Shown one piece after another: positions 19,199-28,555 of a stretch of 32,000 nt of DNA (positions are counted from its first letter, which is position 1; each line of letters begins with the position of its first letter). The DNA is from Microcystis aeruginosa NIES-843 (lineage in GTDB: Bacteria; Cyanobacteriota; Cyanobacteriia; Cyanobacteriales; Microcystaceae): the NCBI RefSeq assembly GCF_000010625.1, contig NC_010296.1, forward strand, positions 3,600,001 through 3,632,000, read 5' to 3'. The notes below the pieces were generated by a model. It was not told where the DNA came from and ran no database searches. It worked only from the letters and a program-made list of their open reading frames with translations. Both the position numbers and the translations under genes were made by a program.

Positions 19199-19412
19199 GG
19201 GCTGGCTGAATAAATCTAAAAAGTTTGTTGGATAAGGTTTTTAGGCTTTTTTGACCTCAAAAAGTGCCTAGCCTTGGAGTGATCGGGGGTAAAATTCCTG
19301 GACTTTTTCCCTGAAAATTAGGTAATTGACCACCTGAAAATGAGTAAAACCCCACACCCCACACCCCACACCCCACACCCTGCCACCACCGAAAAACTTT
19401 TTCAGCAGACCC
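19199..19412 (-). mobile_element. G-rich-core MITE, copy A (214 bp)
   Basis: The ends are GGGTCTGCTGAAAAAG... and ...TTCAGCCAGCCC (imperfect IRs). The 6-bp TSD is TACTTA (plus strand TAAGTA at 19193-19198 and 19413-19418). The core is (GGGGTGT)4. Confidence 0.85.
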
Positions 19413-20788
19413 TAAGTATTTTAGCTTTCTTTCTTCCAGGGCTTTGAGAAAATTTGTGTTGTTGCCATAACCAGCATCTATTAAGACGATTTTCGGTCGA
19501 TAGCCTCTGGTTAAGCTCCGGTCAATTAAATCTATCGCTATCTCTGGTTTCTTCTTAAATTCTTTGTCTTCTTTCCCCTCGGCTAAGGAACTAGCCGGTT
19601 GATAAATTTCCCTGTCTAGGGGTACACTTTTTTTGCCGTCGTAGAGATGGGTAGTGACGGCGACTATTCCGTTGTCTGTCTTGCCAATTTCTCCTAGGTA
19701 CTGCCTGCCAACTCCGGCGGTCAGATTGCCACTTTTTCGATGTCCTGAGTCATCGACAATCAGGGAAAATCCTCGGGGGATTTGCGTCTGGCGGCATTGG
19801 TTCATCACTTGCAACCGACATTCATTCACCTGACGGTCTGACCAAGGAGATTCGGTCAAAAAGTGATGTAATCGGTTATAAACTACTCCGACGGCATTAT
19901 TGGCCATTTGAGTGAGGTTTTTCCTCTCACTTTCCCCTAATAATCCTCCTAAATAGGGCTGGCTGAATAAATCTAAAAACCTTGTTGGATAAGACTTTTG
20001 GACTTTTTTCCCCTCAAAAAGTACCAGATATGGGAGTGATCAGGGGTAAATTCAGGGACTTTTTCCCTGAAAATTAGGTAATTGACCCCCTCAAAATCGG
20101 TCAAACCCCACACCCGTTACAGTAGAGCAGGAAGTCGCCTTCCCACCCCCTGCTTCAAAACCGGACTTACGACTTTCGCCGTATCCGGCTCCTGAGTAAC
20201 TAGGCTACTGTCATTAGTAGAATAATAATGGGAATTATTATTTCCTTGTCTATTCAACCCTCTTGGCTGTATCCCCACCAGACAAGATTGTTGGTTTTAG
20301 GGCGTATATGACCGTTGATTGTTGCTTAGACTTCCTAGTTACCCGTCCTTTGTCAGCATATCTTTGATATTACTCAAAGCCTTGGCTTTTAAGGACATCC
20401 TCTCCCTCTATTGACTTGCGGATGGTTTCCTACTGCCCCGAACGGGCAGAGTCAATCAGGGTTACTTCGTTCCCTATAACCATTGGTTGAACCCTTAGGA
20501 TGATACTGTCCACAACAGAGTAACGGGAATGCCTTACTGATAGTGGTATGAGCTATCAGCCCCAACTCTGTTAACTTTTGTTTCGAGCCTGTCAGCCTTT
20601 TGGCTCGTGGGTGTTGACGATGGTTAATTCGTATCTTCGCCCCAGGGCTATCCATAGGTTCTGGCTCAACGGGTTTCTGATTTAGGCTATCAGATACCGC
20701 TTTTTTTTCCTCGCTCACTACCTCAGATGTACCAAGTCTAAAGCAGCAGGAAATGCCGTCACTCTAGGCATCTAGAGGACAGGACTAA

Positions 20789-21930
20789 TACCATTTTTCT
20801 AAATTCCTGACAGACATAGAGCTTCTAAAATCCAAGACCATCCCGTCAAATACCCGATCGTGTCATTGGATAGAGAATTTAAAAGATGGTAAAGTTTACT
20901 TCTTAAGTTATCAAGGGAGTTAAAATTGCCCCAGGCCAATAGGTTTTTCAAATATAGCCAAACTCTCTCAATTGGATTTACTTCTGGACAATAGGGAGGT
21001 TGATAAAATAGGATAATATTATCAGGTATTTCTAGGTCGGTCGCCGTATGTGCGGGAGCATTATCTAATTGAATAATATGTAATTCCTCAGAAAAAGCTT
21101 GAGAAAAAAGCGTTAAATATTGATTAAAACATTCCCCATCTAAATGAGAAAATTCATAGAAAAAACTGCTACCTGTTCGAGGTTCTATTAAACCATAGAG
21201 CCAGAGATATTGAAAATTATACTGAAAATTACCAAGGGGCTTTATGCCTTTAATTGTTATTTTATCTCTGACAATGGTATGACAGCCGAAGCGACTTTCA
21301 TCTTGACACCAGAAGCGGACTTTTAAATATTGACTAACTTTTTCAGATTCCTTTTCTAGTAAAGCTTGTAGCTGTTCAGATAGATTATTTTGGAATATTT
21401 TTACTTCTCCTGGTAATTGTTTTAAATTTTGAGGTCGAGCCACTTTTAATTTAGCTTGTAATTCATTTCTTACGAGACGGTAAACAGTTATATAACTGGT
21501 GGGTATTTCTAAAATAATTGATACCCAAAAATGAATTTCTTTATAACTTTGAAATCCTTCTGGGTCTTTTAATTCATTCTGAATTAGAGCGGCTTCTTCC
21601 ACTGAAATCTTTTTGGGTCTTCCCAGTTTTTCTGGTTCTGACAAGAGATTTTCTATCCCTCCTTCTCGATAACAACTTAACCAGCGATGAATAGTTCTTT
21701 CTGAGCGTCCTATTAACACGGCGAGATGACGAACCGTTTCTACCTCCTTAATTTTTAGTAGATACAGGGATTGTACTTTAGCAAAGTTTAAAGAGGTTAC
21801 TTGTTGCTTCAACAAGGATTTTAAGTCTTCTACTGACTCAGCAACATTAATATTAGGGACTCCACTCATTGCCTTTTTACCACACAAACTATACCTTTAC
21901 CAAGTATGACATACTTTTTGAAAAATGGTA
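20789..21930 (-). mobile_element. IS630-family insertion sequence (innermost shell)
   Basis: The IRs are TACCATTTTTC (20789-20799) and GAAAAATGGTA (21920-21930). The flanking TA(A) duplication lies at 20786-20788 and 21931-21933. The uninterrupted intron copy reads GGACTAAGGTTAT across this site. Confidence 0.85.
20799..21869 (-). CDS. IS630/Tc1-mariner-type DDE transposase
   Basis: The ORF has N-terminal HTH domains and a DDE region (WCQDESRFG ... LDNAPAHT ... PPYCPEVNPIERVW). I place the start at the ATG at 21869. Confidence 0.85.
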   Translation of the reverse strand: MSGVPNINVAESVEDLKSLLKQQVTSLNFAKVQSLYLLKIKEVETVRHLAVLIGRSERTIHRWLSCYREGGIENLLSEPEKLGRPKKISVEEAALIQNELKDPEGFQSYKEIHFWVSIILEIPTSYITVYRLVRNELQAKLKVARPQNLKQLPGEVKIFQNNLSEQLQALLEKESEKVSQYLKVRFWCQDESRFGCHTIVRDKITIKGIKPLGNFQYNFQYLWLYGLIEPRTGSSFFYEFSHLDGECFNQYLTLFSQAFSEELHIIQLDNAPAHTATDLEIPDNIILFYQPPYCPEVNPIERVWLYLKNLLAWGNFNSLDNLRSKLYHLLNSLSNDTIGYLTGWSWILEALCLSGI

Positions 21931-23192
21931 TAAGGTTATTACTAACCCGCACCTGTAGGGTTATAAAGTTATCAAGGTACTACATTTACCAAGCGGCTAA
22001 TCCTCTAAACGTCTTACTGTCTAGTTTCTAGCCAACGAATCGCACCACACCCCACACCCTACACCCTGCCCCTAGGAAAAACTTTTTCAGCAGACCCTAA
22101 ATATTGTCTGAAGCCGTTTTTTTGCGCTTCGTTTTTGAAGCAATTGTCAAACCGCCGACACCATCGGTCAAAGCATGGGGGCATTGCGGCTGGGGTTGTC
22201 TCTTTCATCGCTGATCTTTCAACGTAAAGTGCTTACTCTTTAACGATTATACTCGATTTGATCTTTATTTGGCGTTTAAGTCCCACTAGGACTCAACAAC
22301 GATTAGTCCATCGCCACCAATTTGCCGAAGAAGAATCAGGAAACCCCGTTCAAGAAATTAGTCTAGATGGAGGAAAAGTGCGCTTAAGAACCGAAACTAA
22401 GGGAGAGGCTTGTATCTGGAAAGATTATCAAGCAATCTGTGTTGATACTTTCCTAAGAAAAGCTTGGTTTGGAGAGAATGAATCGTTAATATATTGGGTT
22501 AATCAACAACCTTTATCTGACCCCCTTACCTGTTTGGGAGACGGACATCCCGGTATTGGGAAAATTGTGAAAAACTGGGATTGTCCAGGAGAAAAAAGAG
22601 AAATACTTGACTGGTTTCATTTGGTAGAAAATCTTCATAAAGTCGGCGGTTCAGTGAAGAGATTGAAAAAAGCAGCAAGTTTATTATGGCAGGGCAAAAT
22701 TGAGGAAACAATAGCATTAATCTCTCCTTTAAAAAACGAACGAGCTGAAAATTTCTGTCGTTATTTAGAGATTCATCGTCATCGAATTGTTAATTATAAT
22801 TACTATCAACAAGAAGAGATTTGCTCTATTGCTTCGGGAGCCGTTGAATCCACGGTTAAACAGATTGACCGACGACTGAAAATTTCTGGAGCCCAGTGGA
22901 ATGAAGAAAATATCCCTCAAGTGCTTAAACACCGCTGTGCTTACCTAAATAACAGTCTTTAGCTATTGAATAGTATTTATGTTCTGACAAAACTGACTTG
23001 CTCCCTGTATCCTCCCCCATATCACGCCCAAAAGCGTGTTAGCCAGATTAGCTTACTGCAAAGAGCCTCCTTTAAGGAGACTTATCACAGAAGCCTTCTG
23101 GGAATGTAGCAAAGATTCTTGTATCTGGCTGCACTTTGTCACAAAATTTCACTATTATTTCGGGTAAGGTATCGTAAATCCCTTGATAGATA

Positions 23193-24191
23193 GGGTTTAC
23201 TGAAAAAGTTTGTTGGTGGGGCTAGGGTGTGGGGTGTGGTGCGATTCGTTGGCTAGAAACTAGACAGTAAGACGTTTAGAGGATTAGCCGCTTGGTAAAT
23301 GTAGTACCTTGATAACTTTATAACCCTACAGGTGCGGGTTAGTAATAACCTTAGTCCTGTCCTCTAGATGCCTAGAGTGACGGCATTTCCTGCTGCTTTA
23401 GACTTGGTACATCTGAGGTAGTGAGCGAGGAAAAAAAAGCGGTATCTGATAGCCTAAATCAGAAACCCGTTGAGCCAGAACCTATGGATAGCCCTGGGGC
23501 GAAGATACGAATTAACCATCGTCAACACCCACGAGCCAAAAGGCTGACAGGCTCGAAACAAAAGTTAACAGAGTTGGGGCTGATAGCTCATACCACTATC
23601 AGTAAGGCATTCCCGTTACTCTGTTGTGGACAGTATCATCCTAAGGGTTCAACCAATGGTTATAGGGAACGAAGTAACCCTGATTGACTCTGCCCGTTCG
23701 GGGCAGTAGGAAACCATCCGCAAGTCAATAGAGGGAGAGGATGTCCTTAAAAGCCAAGGCTTTGAGTAATATCAAAGATATGCTGACAAAGGACGGGTAA
23801 CTAGGAAGTCTAAGCAACAATCAACGGTCATATACGCCCTAAAACCAACAATCTTGTCTGGTGGGGATACAGCCAAGAGGGTTGAATAGACAAGGAAATA
23901 ATAATTCCCATTATTATTCTACTAATGACAGTAGCCTAGTTACTCAGGAGCCGGATACGGCGAAAGTCGTAAGTCCGGTTTTGAAGCAGGGGGTGGGAAG
24001 GCGACTTCCTGCTCTACTGTAACGGGTGTGGGGTGTAGGGTTTTACCCATTTTCAGGCGGTCAATTACCTAATTTTCAGGGAAAAAGTCCCTGAATTTTC
24101 CTCCCAATCACTCCAATCGCTGGTACTTTTTGATTTCAAAAAAGTCTAAAAATATTATCCAACAAGGTTTTTAGATTTATTCAGCAACCCC
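23193..24191 (+). mobile_element. G-rich-core MITE, copy C, carrying an intact group II intron
   Basis: The ends are GGGTTTACTGAAAAAG... and ...TTCAGCAACCCC. The 6-bp TSD TAGATA lies at 23187-23192 and 24192-24197. Confidence 0.85.
23239..24023 (+). mobile_element. ORF-less group II intron (self-splicing ribozyme retroelement), copy 2, 785 nt
   Basis: The 5' end is GUGCG. Domain V is GAGCCGGAUACGGCGAAAGUCGUAAGUCCGGUUU (23948-23981), with the AGC triad, a GAAA tetraloop and a 2-nt bulge. Domain VI has a bulged A (24017) 7 nt from the 3' end, which terminates ...AC. An AT-rich stub hairpin sits where the IEP ORF would be. Confidence 0.8.
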
Positions 24192-24427
24192 TAGATAGGC
24201 AAGCGTTTCAATCGGGACTAACTTCTGGGAAACCCGCTATATATCTCCTGCAAAAATCAAAAACCTTCCGTTAGGTTAGGAGAATCCGAGACAGGAGAAG
24301 AAAAAAGACATGAAAAATTTAGTACAAAAGCTCTACTCTCCCTGCTCTGGCGCTCCCTAGCTTACCAGAGGTCGATTATTCACTAAATGGTATCAAAAAA
24401 ATCGGGTCTAAAACCTCGTCTTTACTC

Positions 24428-24477
24428 ATTTTATTGTAACGGGATTTGGGATCACAACTTCAATAAATGTGCATGGT
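24428..24477. repeat. Hairpin repeat family, copy R2, left part (split by IS1380)
   Basis: The sequence ttattgtaacgggatttgggatcacaacttcaataaatgtgcATGGT matches the left half of copy R5. Confidence 0.8.
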
Positions 24478-26465
24478 CCCGCATTTCTCACAAACTGAAT
24501 TAAGAACCTAATTTGGAGGTTAAAAGTTGGTGTTTTTCAAAAATAAGAGAAACCCGCCTAGTTATCAAGGAATAATCTGACTAAACTAATCAAAAAATTC
24601 CTGAATTACTGGAAAAATTCCGTCAATTAGGGAAAATGTTCACGACAAAGTTAGCTGAATTTATAAGCAGCCATTTTTAAGACTATTTAATGATCTTTGA
24701 AAACTCTTCAACTTATCCAGTTCCCGCTATCGCTTGAATTCTAGAGTAAGCTATCGCTAAAATATCTTGATAGGGACAAGAACTGGCAATTGCGATTAAA
24801 ATTCTTCTGACACTAACAGTAATTCTAGCTCCTAATTTAAGGAAATTAAGGCGAATTGTTCCCACTGTCGCTTTGGCAAAAGAAGTTTTAGCCAAACAAT
24901 TTTGACGAAAAGCTTGCATTAAAACATAAGCCATTGATGACAACCAAAGTCTTAATTGATTACTCTCAAATGTCTGTGTCGAATTCCGGTCAGCAAATAA
25001 GTCTAATTGTTGCTCTTTAATTCGATTTGACCTCTCACCTCTGGGGCAATATTTTTCAGTGTAAAGTTTAGATGGGGGAATCTTTGATGCAGGTAAAGAA
25101 GTCACAACGTGGCGAATTTTTACGCCCTCACTACCAGGACAAACTTTTGTCACCACTCTTCTTGAACGGCTCCAGGATTTTTGGGTTTGATAACATAGGG
25201 AACGATACCAAGTCGATTCTGGTACCAATTTCGCCAATTCTCCTAACTCTTCATCGGGAGAAAATAACGTCTCCATTAATTCAGTAACTGGCTGAAGTCT
25301 TTGCTCGTAATCTGCCTTAGCTTTCTCAATTACATCGGTCGCTCGTAATTTTAATTGACTATTCGTTGCCATTGCTAAAACATAATCAACTCCTGCTTGA
25401 CTTTCGCAAAATTTCATGATATCTTCACGGGAATAGGCACTATCTCCTCGTACTAATATCTGCGTATCTGACCATTTTTCTCGAATTATACCGATTATTC
25501 GCTGCAATTCTTCTAATGCTCCCCCAGCAGTATCTACATGAGAAGACCGGAGTTTAGCTACTAATAAATGATGCTCACAGAAAATATACAAAGGAGCATA
25601 ACACACTCCTTTATAATAAGTATTGAAAAACGCTCCCTCTTGATTTCCATGCACTTGGTCATCGGTGACATCCATGTCTAAAATAATTGGTTTCGGTGGC
25701 TTTTTGTAGGATTCTAGAAAGATGTCCACAAAAGCTTTTTCAATTTCTTTGGGGTTAGGCTCGATTTTATGGTAACGACTGTTCTCTTGATTGATGACTG
25801 TTTCCGGACAATATTCTAGTCGATTAATTGTACTTTTTCCCGCTAAATTTGCTTGGGCTGAGTCAATAAAATTTAGTTTTTTCAATGCTATTGCTAAAGC
25901 TGGAGCATGACGTAATTTATCATGATCATTGACATCCTCATATCCCAAAACTATCCCATAAACTCTTTGTGCGAGTAGTTCATGAACTGAATAATCTAGA
26001 TAGGATGAATTTCGATAATCTCGAAAACATTCGGCAAACCGAGCCGTTATTTTTAGCTTTTGGTCTAACTCTGCCATCAAAATAATTCCTGCATCTGAGG
26101 TGATTTTTCCTCCCTCAAAATTAGCGATTACTTGTCTTCCATTGAGGTTTCCAAAATTTAATTGATTGAGTCGAGACTGGTCTGAACTAGGAGTCATAAA
26201 CTTGACATACTTTAAATAGTTTTAATGATTAAATTATAGCAAGCTTTTGACTTCATTCTCTACTTAAAATTGAGACTTTATCAACTAATTAACCTAAAAA
26301 TACTCATTTTAAATTTGTTCTTTTTTCAAGGTCTAATTGATGATGAGCTTAAGTTGAATCCTAACAACACACTGTCGTTTTTGCTACAAGGCGATCACCC
26401 AGTCAAAACCCAGATTTTGTAAGGCTTCGGGGGTTGGTGATCGTACTTTTTGTGAGAAATGCGGG
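24478..26465 (-). mobile_element. IS1380-family insertion sequence (1988 bp), inserted into hairpin repeat R2
   Basis: The 17-bp perfect IRs are CCCGCATTTCTCACAAA (24478-24494) and its complement (26449-26465). The 5-bp TSD ATGGT lies at 24473-24477 and 26466-26470. Excision restores the repeat consensus gtgcATGGTgcgttcccc. Confidence 0.9.
24713..26197 (-). CDS. IS1380-family DDE transposase
   Basis: The 494-aa ORF has an N-terminal FEGGKITSDAG motif, LGYEDVNDHD, and a C-terminal YCPRGE..NRIKEQQLDLFADR motif, all typical of IS1380. Confidence 0.85.
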   Translation of the reverse strand: MTPSSDQSRLNQLNFGNLNGRQVIANFEGGKITSDAGIILMAELDQKLKITARFAECFRDYRNSSYLDYSVHELLAQRVYGIVLGYEDVNDHDKLRHAPALAIALKKLNFIDSAQANLAGKSTINRLEYCPETVINQENSRYHKIEPNPKEIEKAFVDIFLESYKKPPKPIILDMDVTDDQVHGNQEGAFFNTYYKGVCYAPLYIFCEHHLLVAKLRSSHVDTAGGALEELQRIIGIIREKWSDTQILVRGDSAYSREDIMKFCESQAGVDYVLAMATNSQLKLRATDVIEKAKADYEQRLQPVTELMETLFSPDEELGELAKLVPESTWYRSLCYQTQKSWSRSRRVVTKVCPGSEGVKIRHVVTSLPASKIPPSKLYTEKYCPRGERSNRIKEQQLDLFADRNSTQTFESNQLRLWLSSMAYVLMQAFRQNCLAKTSFAKATVGTIRLNFLKLGARITVSVRRILIAIASSCPYQDILAIAYSRIQAIAGTG

Positions 26466-26546
26466 ATGGTGCGTTCCCCCAAAATCGATCGCTGGAGCAG
26501 TAGGACTTGCATTAGGGAACGCACCCTACAGCGATAGCGATCGCAC
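26466..26546. repeat. Hairpin repeat family, copy R2, right part
   Basis: The sequence is ATGGTgcgttccccc...attagggaacgcaccctac, followed by agcgatagcgatcgcac. Confidence 0.8.
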
Positions 26547-26729
26547 TGGTGTTTTTCAAAAAAAGCGTGAGATTTGCCATCTGGCAGGGTTGATCGCAGA
26601 GCGCCAAGAAAAGCGCAATCGCTCGTTGTTAAGCCTCTGCCTCATTGTCAAGGTTTAAGTAAATTTTGATATAAATTACAGGGCAAGAATGGAGGAGTTG
26701 GGGTGGCACAACAGAAACATTGTCCCCAT

Positions 26730-27038
26730 TTACTCGGTTACAGTTTGTCTGCGAGTTGTTAACCATCGATTCAGGGAGCGTGAACTCTCGCTACTGCGCC
26801 GACCAGCTAATAGTCCTTCGATACCAATATGCTCATCTAGATCGAGCCATTCGATAGCACATCCATCCGCTAAGAGTTGCCAATTTTGACGCTCGGCGGG
26901 GGAGGCGTGCAGTAAACGAGGGTACCATGTTAGCGGAACGGTGATGCTGCGACCGTCGGCTAGGTCGATTATTAATTTATCGTCGGTTAGGGTCACTTGA
27001 TGGGCAATTGGCTCGGTTTCAAGGGTCAAAGTAATCAT
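26730..27038 (-). CDS. DUF2442-family protein (putative TA-module component)
   Basis: The 102-aa ORF carries the LADGRSITVPLTWYPRL and IEWLDLDEHI motifs. It is a paralog of 31051..31365. Confidence 0.8.
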   Translation of the reverse strand: MITLTLETEPIAHQVTLTDDKLIIDLADGRSITVPLTWYPRLLHASPAERQNWQLLADGCAIEWLDLDEHIGIEGLLAGRRSSESSRSLNRWLTTRRQTVTE

Positions 27039-27135
27039 GCCATGGGGTTAGGATTGCGGGTTGATGTTCTGTTATTAGTTTAGCAATCTGGTTTAATTCA
27101 TGTTCTTTGAATCCTCGGTTTTTCTCTAAGGTAAT

Positions 27136-28555
27136 GTAGGGCTGTTTCATTCTCCCATCAGAATATCAAAAGTAAAAGCGATCACTGTCAGGTAAAATGA
27201 TAAGTGACCGCCAACTTTTCAAACATATGTTGAGCTTAATAGAAAAACTAAAACAAGTCAAGGACTTTCGGAAAGATAAAGGAAAAAGACACCCTTTATG
27301 GATAGTATTAATAGTAATAATACTGGGAACAATGCTAGGATACTCAGGTTATAGAGAGCTAGGAGAGTTCGCTAAAAATAATCGGCACAGGCTCAGTCAA
27401 GAATTTAACATAATTCCAGAAAGAGTCCCATCCTATTCAACAATTAGAAGGGTAATGATGGGAGTTGAATGGCAGATTTTGTTAAAAATGTTTAATGAAT
27501 GGGCATTACAAGAATATGGACAAAGAAGTGATATAAATTGGCTAGGCATAGATGGAAAAAGTCTCAAAAATACCCTAAAGAATCCTAACAATGAACAACA
27601 AAATTTTATTATGTTTGTCTCATTGTTTATTCAAGAAAGTGGATGAGTATTACACTTAAAAAGAATCGAAAACAAAAAAGGGTCTGAAATCGACGAAGAT
27701 CAAGCTATAATTCAGGATTGCTCTCTCCAAAATAAAGTTTTTACTGGCGATGCTTTACACTGTCAGAAAAAAACAATCAGCTTAATAGCCAAGAGTAAAA
27801 ATGACTATGTTATCACCGTTAAAGGAAATCAGAAAAATCTTTATAAGCGAATACAAGACCTGAGTAATTCCTCAAAGCCAGAAAGTTGCTTTCTTGAACA
27901 AAATAATAGTCATGGTCGAAAAATATCCAGAAAAATAGAAGTTTTTAAAGTGAGGAAAAATGAAAGACAAGGGTTTGAAAATCTGCGCCGAATTATTAAA
28001 GTAGAAAGAAGGGGTAGTCGCGGGGATAAAACTTATGAAGAAACAGCTTACTATATCAGTAGCCTAACCGAATCCGCCCAAGTATTTGCTAAAATTATTC
28101 GAGGACATTGGAAAATAGAAAATCAGTTACATTGGGTAAAAGATGTAATTTTTGAGGAAGATAAAAGCGAGATAAGTGATTTTCAAGCGGCCAGCAATTG
28201 GTCAATTCTCACAACTATAGGATTGAATCTTTTCAGAGGTTTGGGTTTTCTCTCAATAACAGAGGGACAGAGGTGGTTAGCTGAACGTTGGGAAAAACTG
28301 ATAGTTTTATCGACGTAAGAAGCAGAAAAATTAGCTAAATTAACAGGATGTACTCTCAGAAAATTTGAAGAGAGATAGGCTTTTAGTGGCTTGGGAACAA
28401 GCTTTATCAATTTATTCATAATCAATATTGGCAGAGGATTAAAGATTAGTTATTGTCACTAACTTTTTTGATTAGAAAAAGATAAACTTGAGAATTTTCA
28501 TTCAAATTTATTGACTCAAAATCCGCTGTACTTAATTTAAATGAATCAACCCTAC
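27136..28555 (+). mobile_element. ISAs1-family insertion sequence (1420 bp)
   Basis: The IRs are GTAGGGCTGTTTCATT (27136-27151) and AATGAATCAACCCTAC (28540-28555). The 9-bp TSD TAAGGTAAT lies at 27127-27135 and 28556-28564. Confidence 0.9.
27197..28318 (+). pseudogene. ISAs1-family (H-repeat-associated) transposase with a single in-frame TGA
   Basis: The ORFs 27197..27646 and 27950..28318 are in the same frame. The only stop between them is the TGA at 27644-27646. The C-terminal HWKIENQLHWVKDV motif is typical of ISAs1. Confidence 0.8.

Larger units (their letters stand above)
20116..22045 (-). mobile_element. ORF-less group II intron, copy 1, interrupted by IS630
   Basis: The 5' end GTGCG lies at 22045-22041 and the 3' end ...CTACTGTAAC at 20116. 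Length is 785 nt after removing the IS630 and its TSD. By eye it looks the same as copy 2 apart from the IS630 insertion (the embedded 88-aa ORF is identical). Confidence 0.8.
19956..22097 (-). mobile_element. G-rich-core MITE, copy B, carrying a group II intron that carries an IS630
   Basis: It has the same ends as copy A. The 6-bp TSD is TATTTA (plus strand TAAATA at 19950-19955 and 22098-22103). Confidence 0.85.
18572..22208 (-). pseudogene. IS701-family transposase interrupted twice by the same MITE family
   Basis: Three in-frame pieces are present: 22208-22098 (MKETTPAAMPPCFDRW...RQYL), 19949-19413 (GGLLGESERKNLTQMANNAV...KYL) and 19192-18572 (GGLAKNRK...). Removing both MITEs and one TSD copy each restores a ~422-aa ORF. 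Confidence 0.85.
18555..22285 (-). mobile_element. IS701-family insertion sequence (second shell), carrying further insertions
   Basis: The 12-bp perfect IRs are TGGGACTTAAAC (18555-18566) and GTTTAAGTCCCA (22274-22285). The 4-bp TSD CTAG lies at 18551-18554 and 22286-22289. Confidence 0.85.
18166..22962 (+). pseudogene. ISKra4-like transposase, split by the IS701-like insertion and carrying an in-frame TGA
   Basis: The N-terminal part (18166-18554) and C-terminal part (22290-22962) join in frame once 18555-22289 is removed, giving ...GMKVSA-R-TQQRLVH.... There is an in-frame TGA at 18295-18297. Confidence 0.75.
18075..23005 (+). mobile_element. ISKra4-like (ISNCY-type) insertion sequence, outermost shell of a nested cluster
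   Basis: The inverted repeats are GGGAGCAAGTCA (18075-18086) and TGACTTGCTCCC (22994-23005). They enclose a transposase gene split by a 3.7-kb insertion. I found no TSD. Confidence 0.6.

Noticed and set aside
20452-20718. An identical 88-aa ORF (MSEEKKAVSD...) is present twice, also at 23421..23687. It could be taken for a conserved small gene or an intron-encoded protein.
   Set aside because: It lies inside the group II intron RNA (the domain I-III region) and has no reverse-transcriptase or maturase motifs. It is duplicated only because the intron is duplicated. A functional peptide cannot be strictly excluded.
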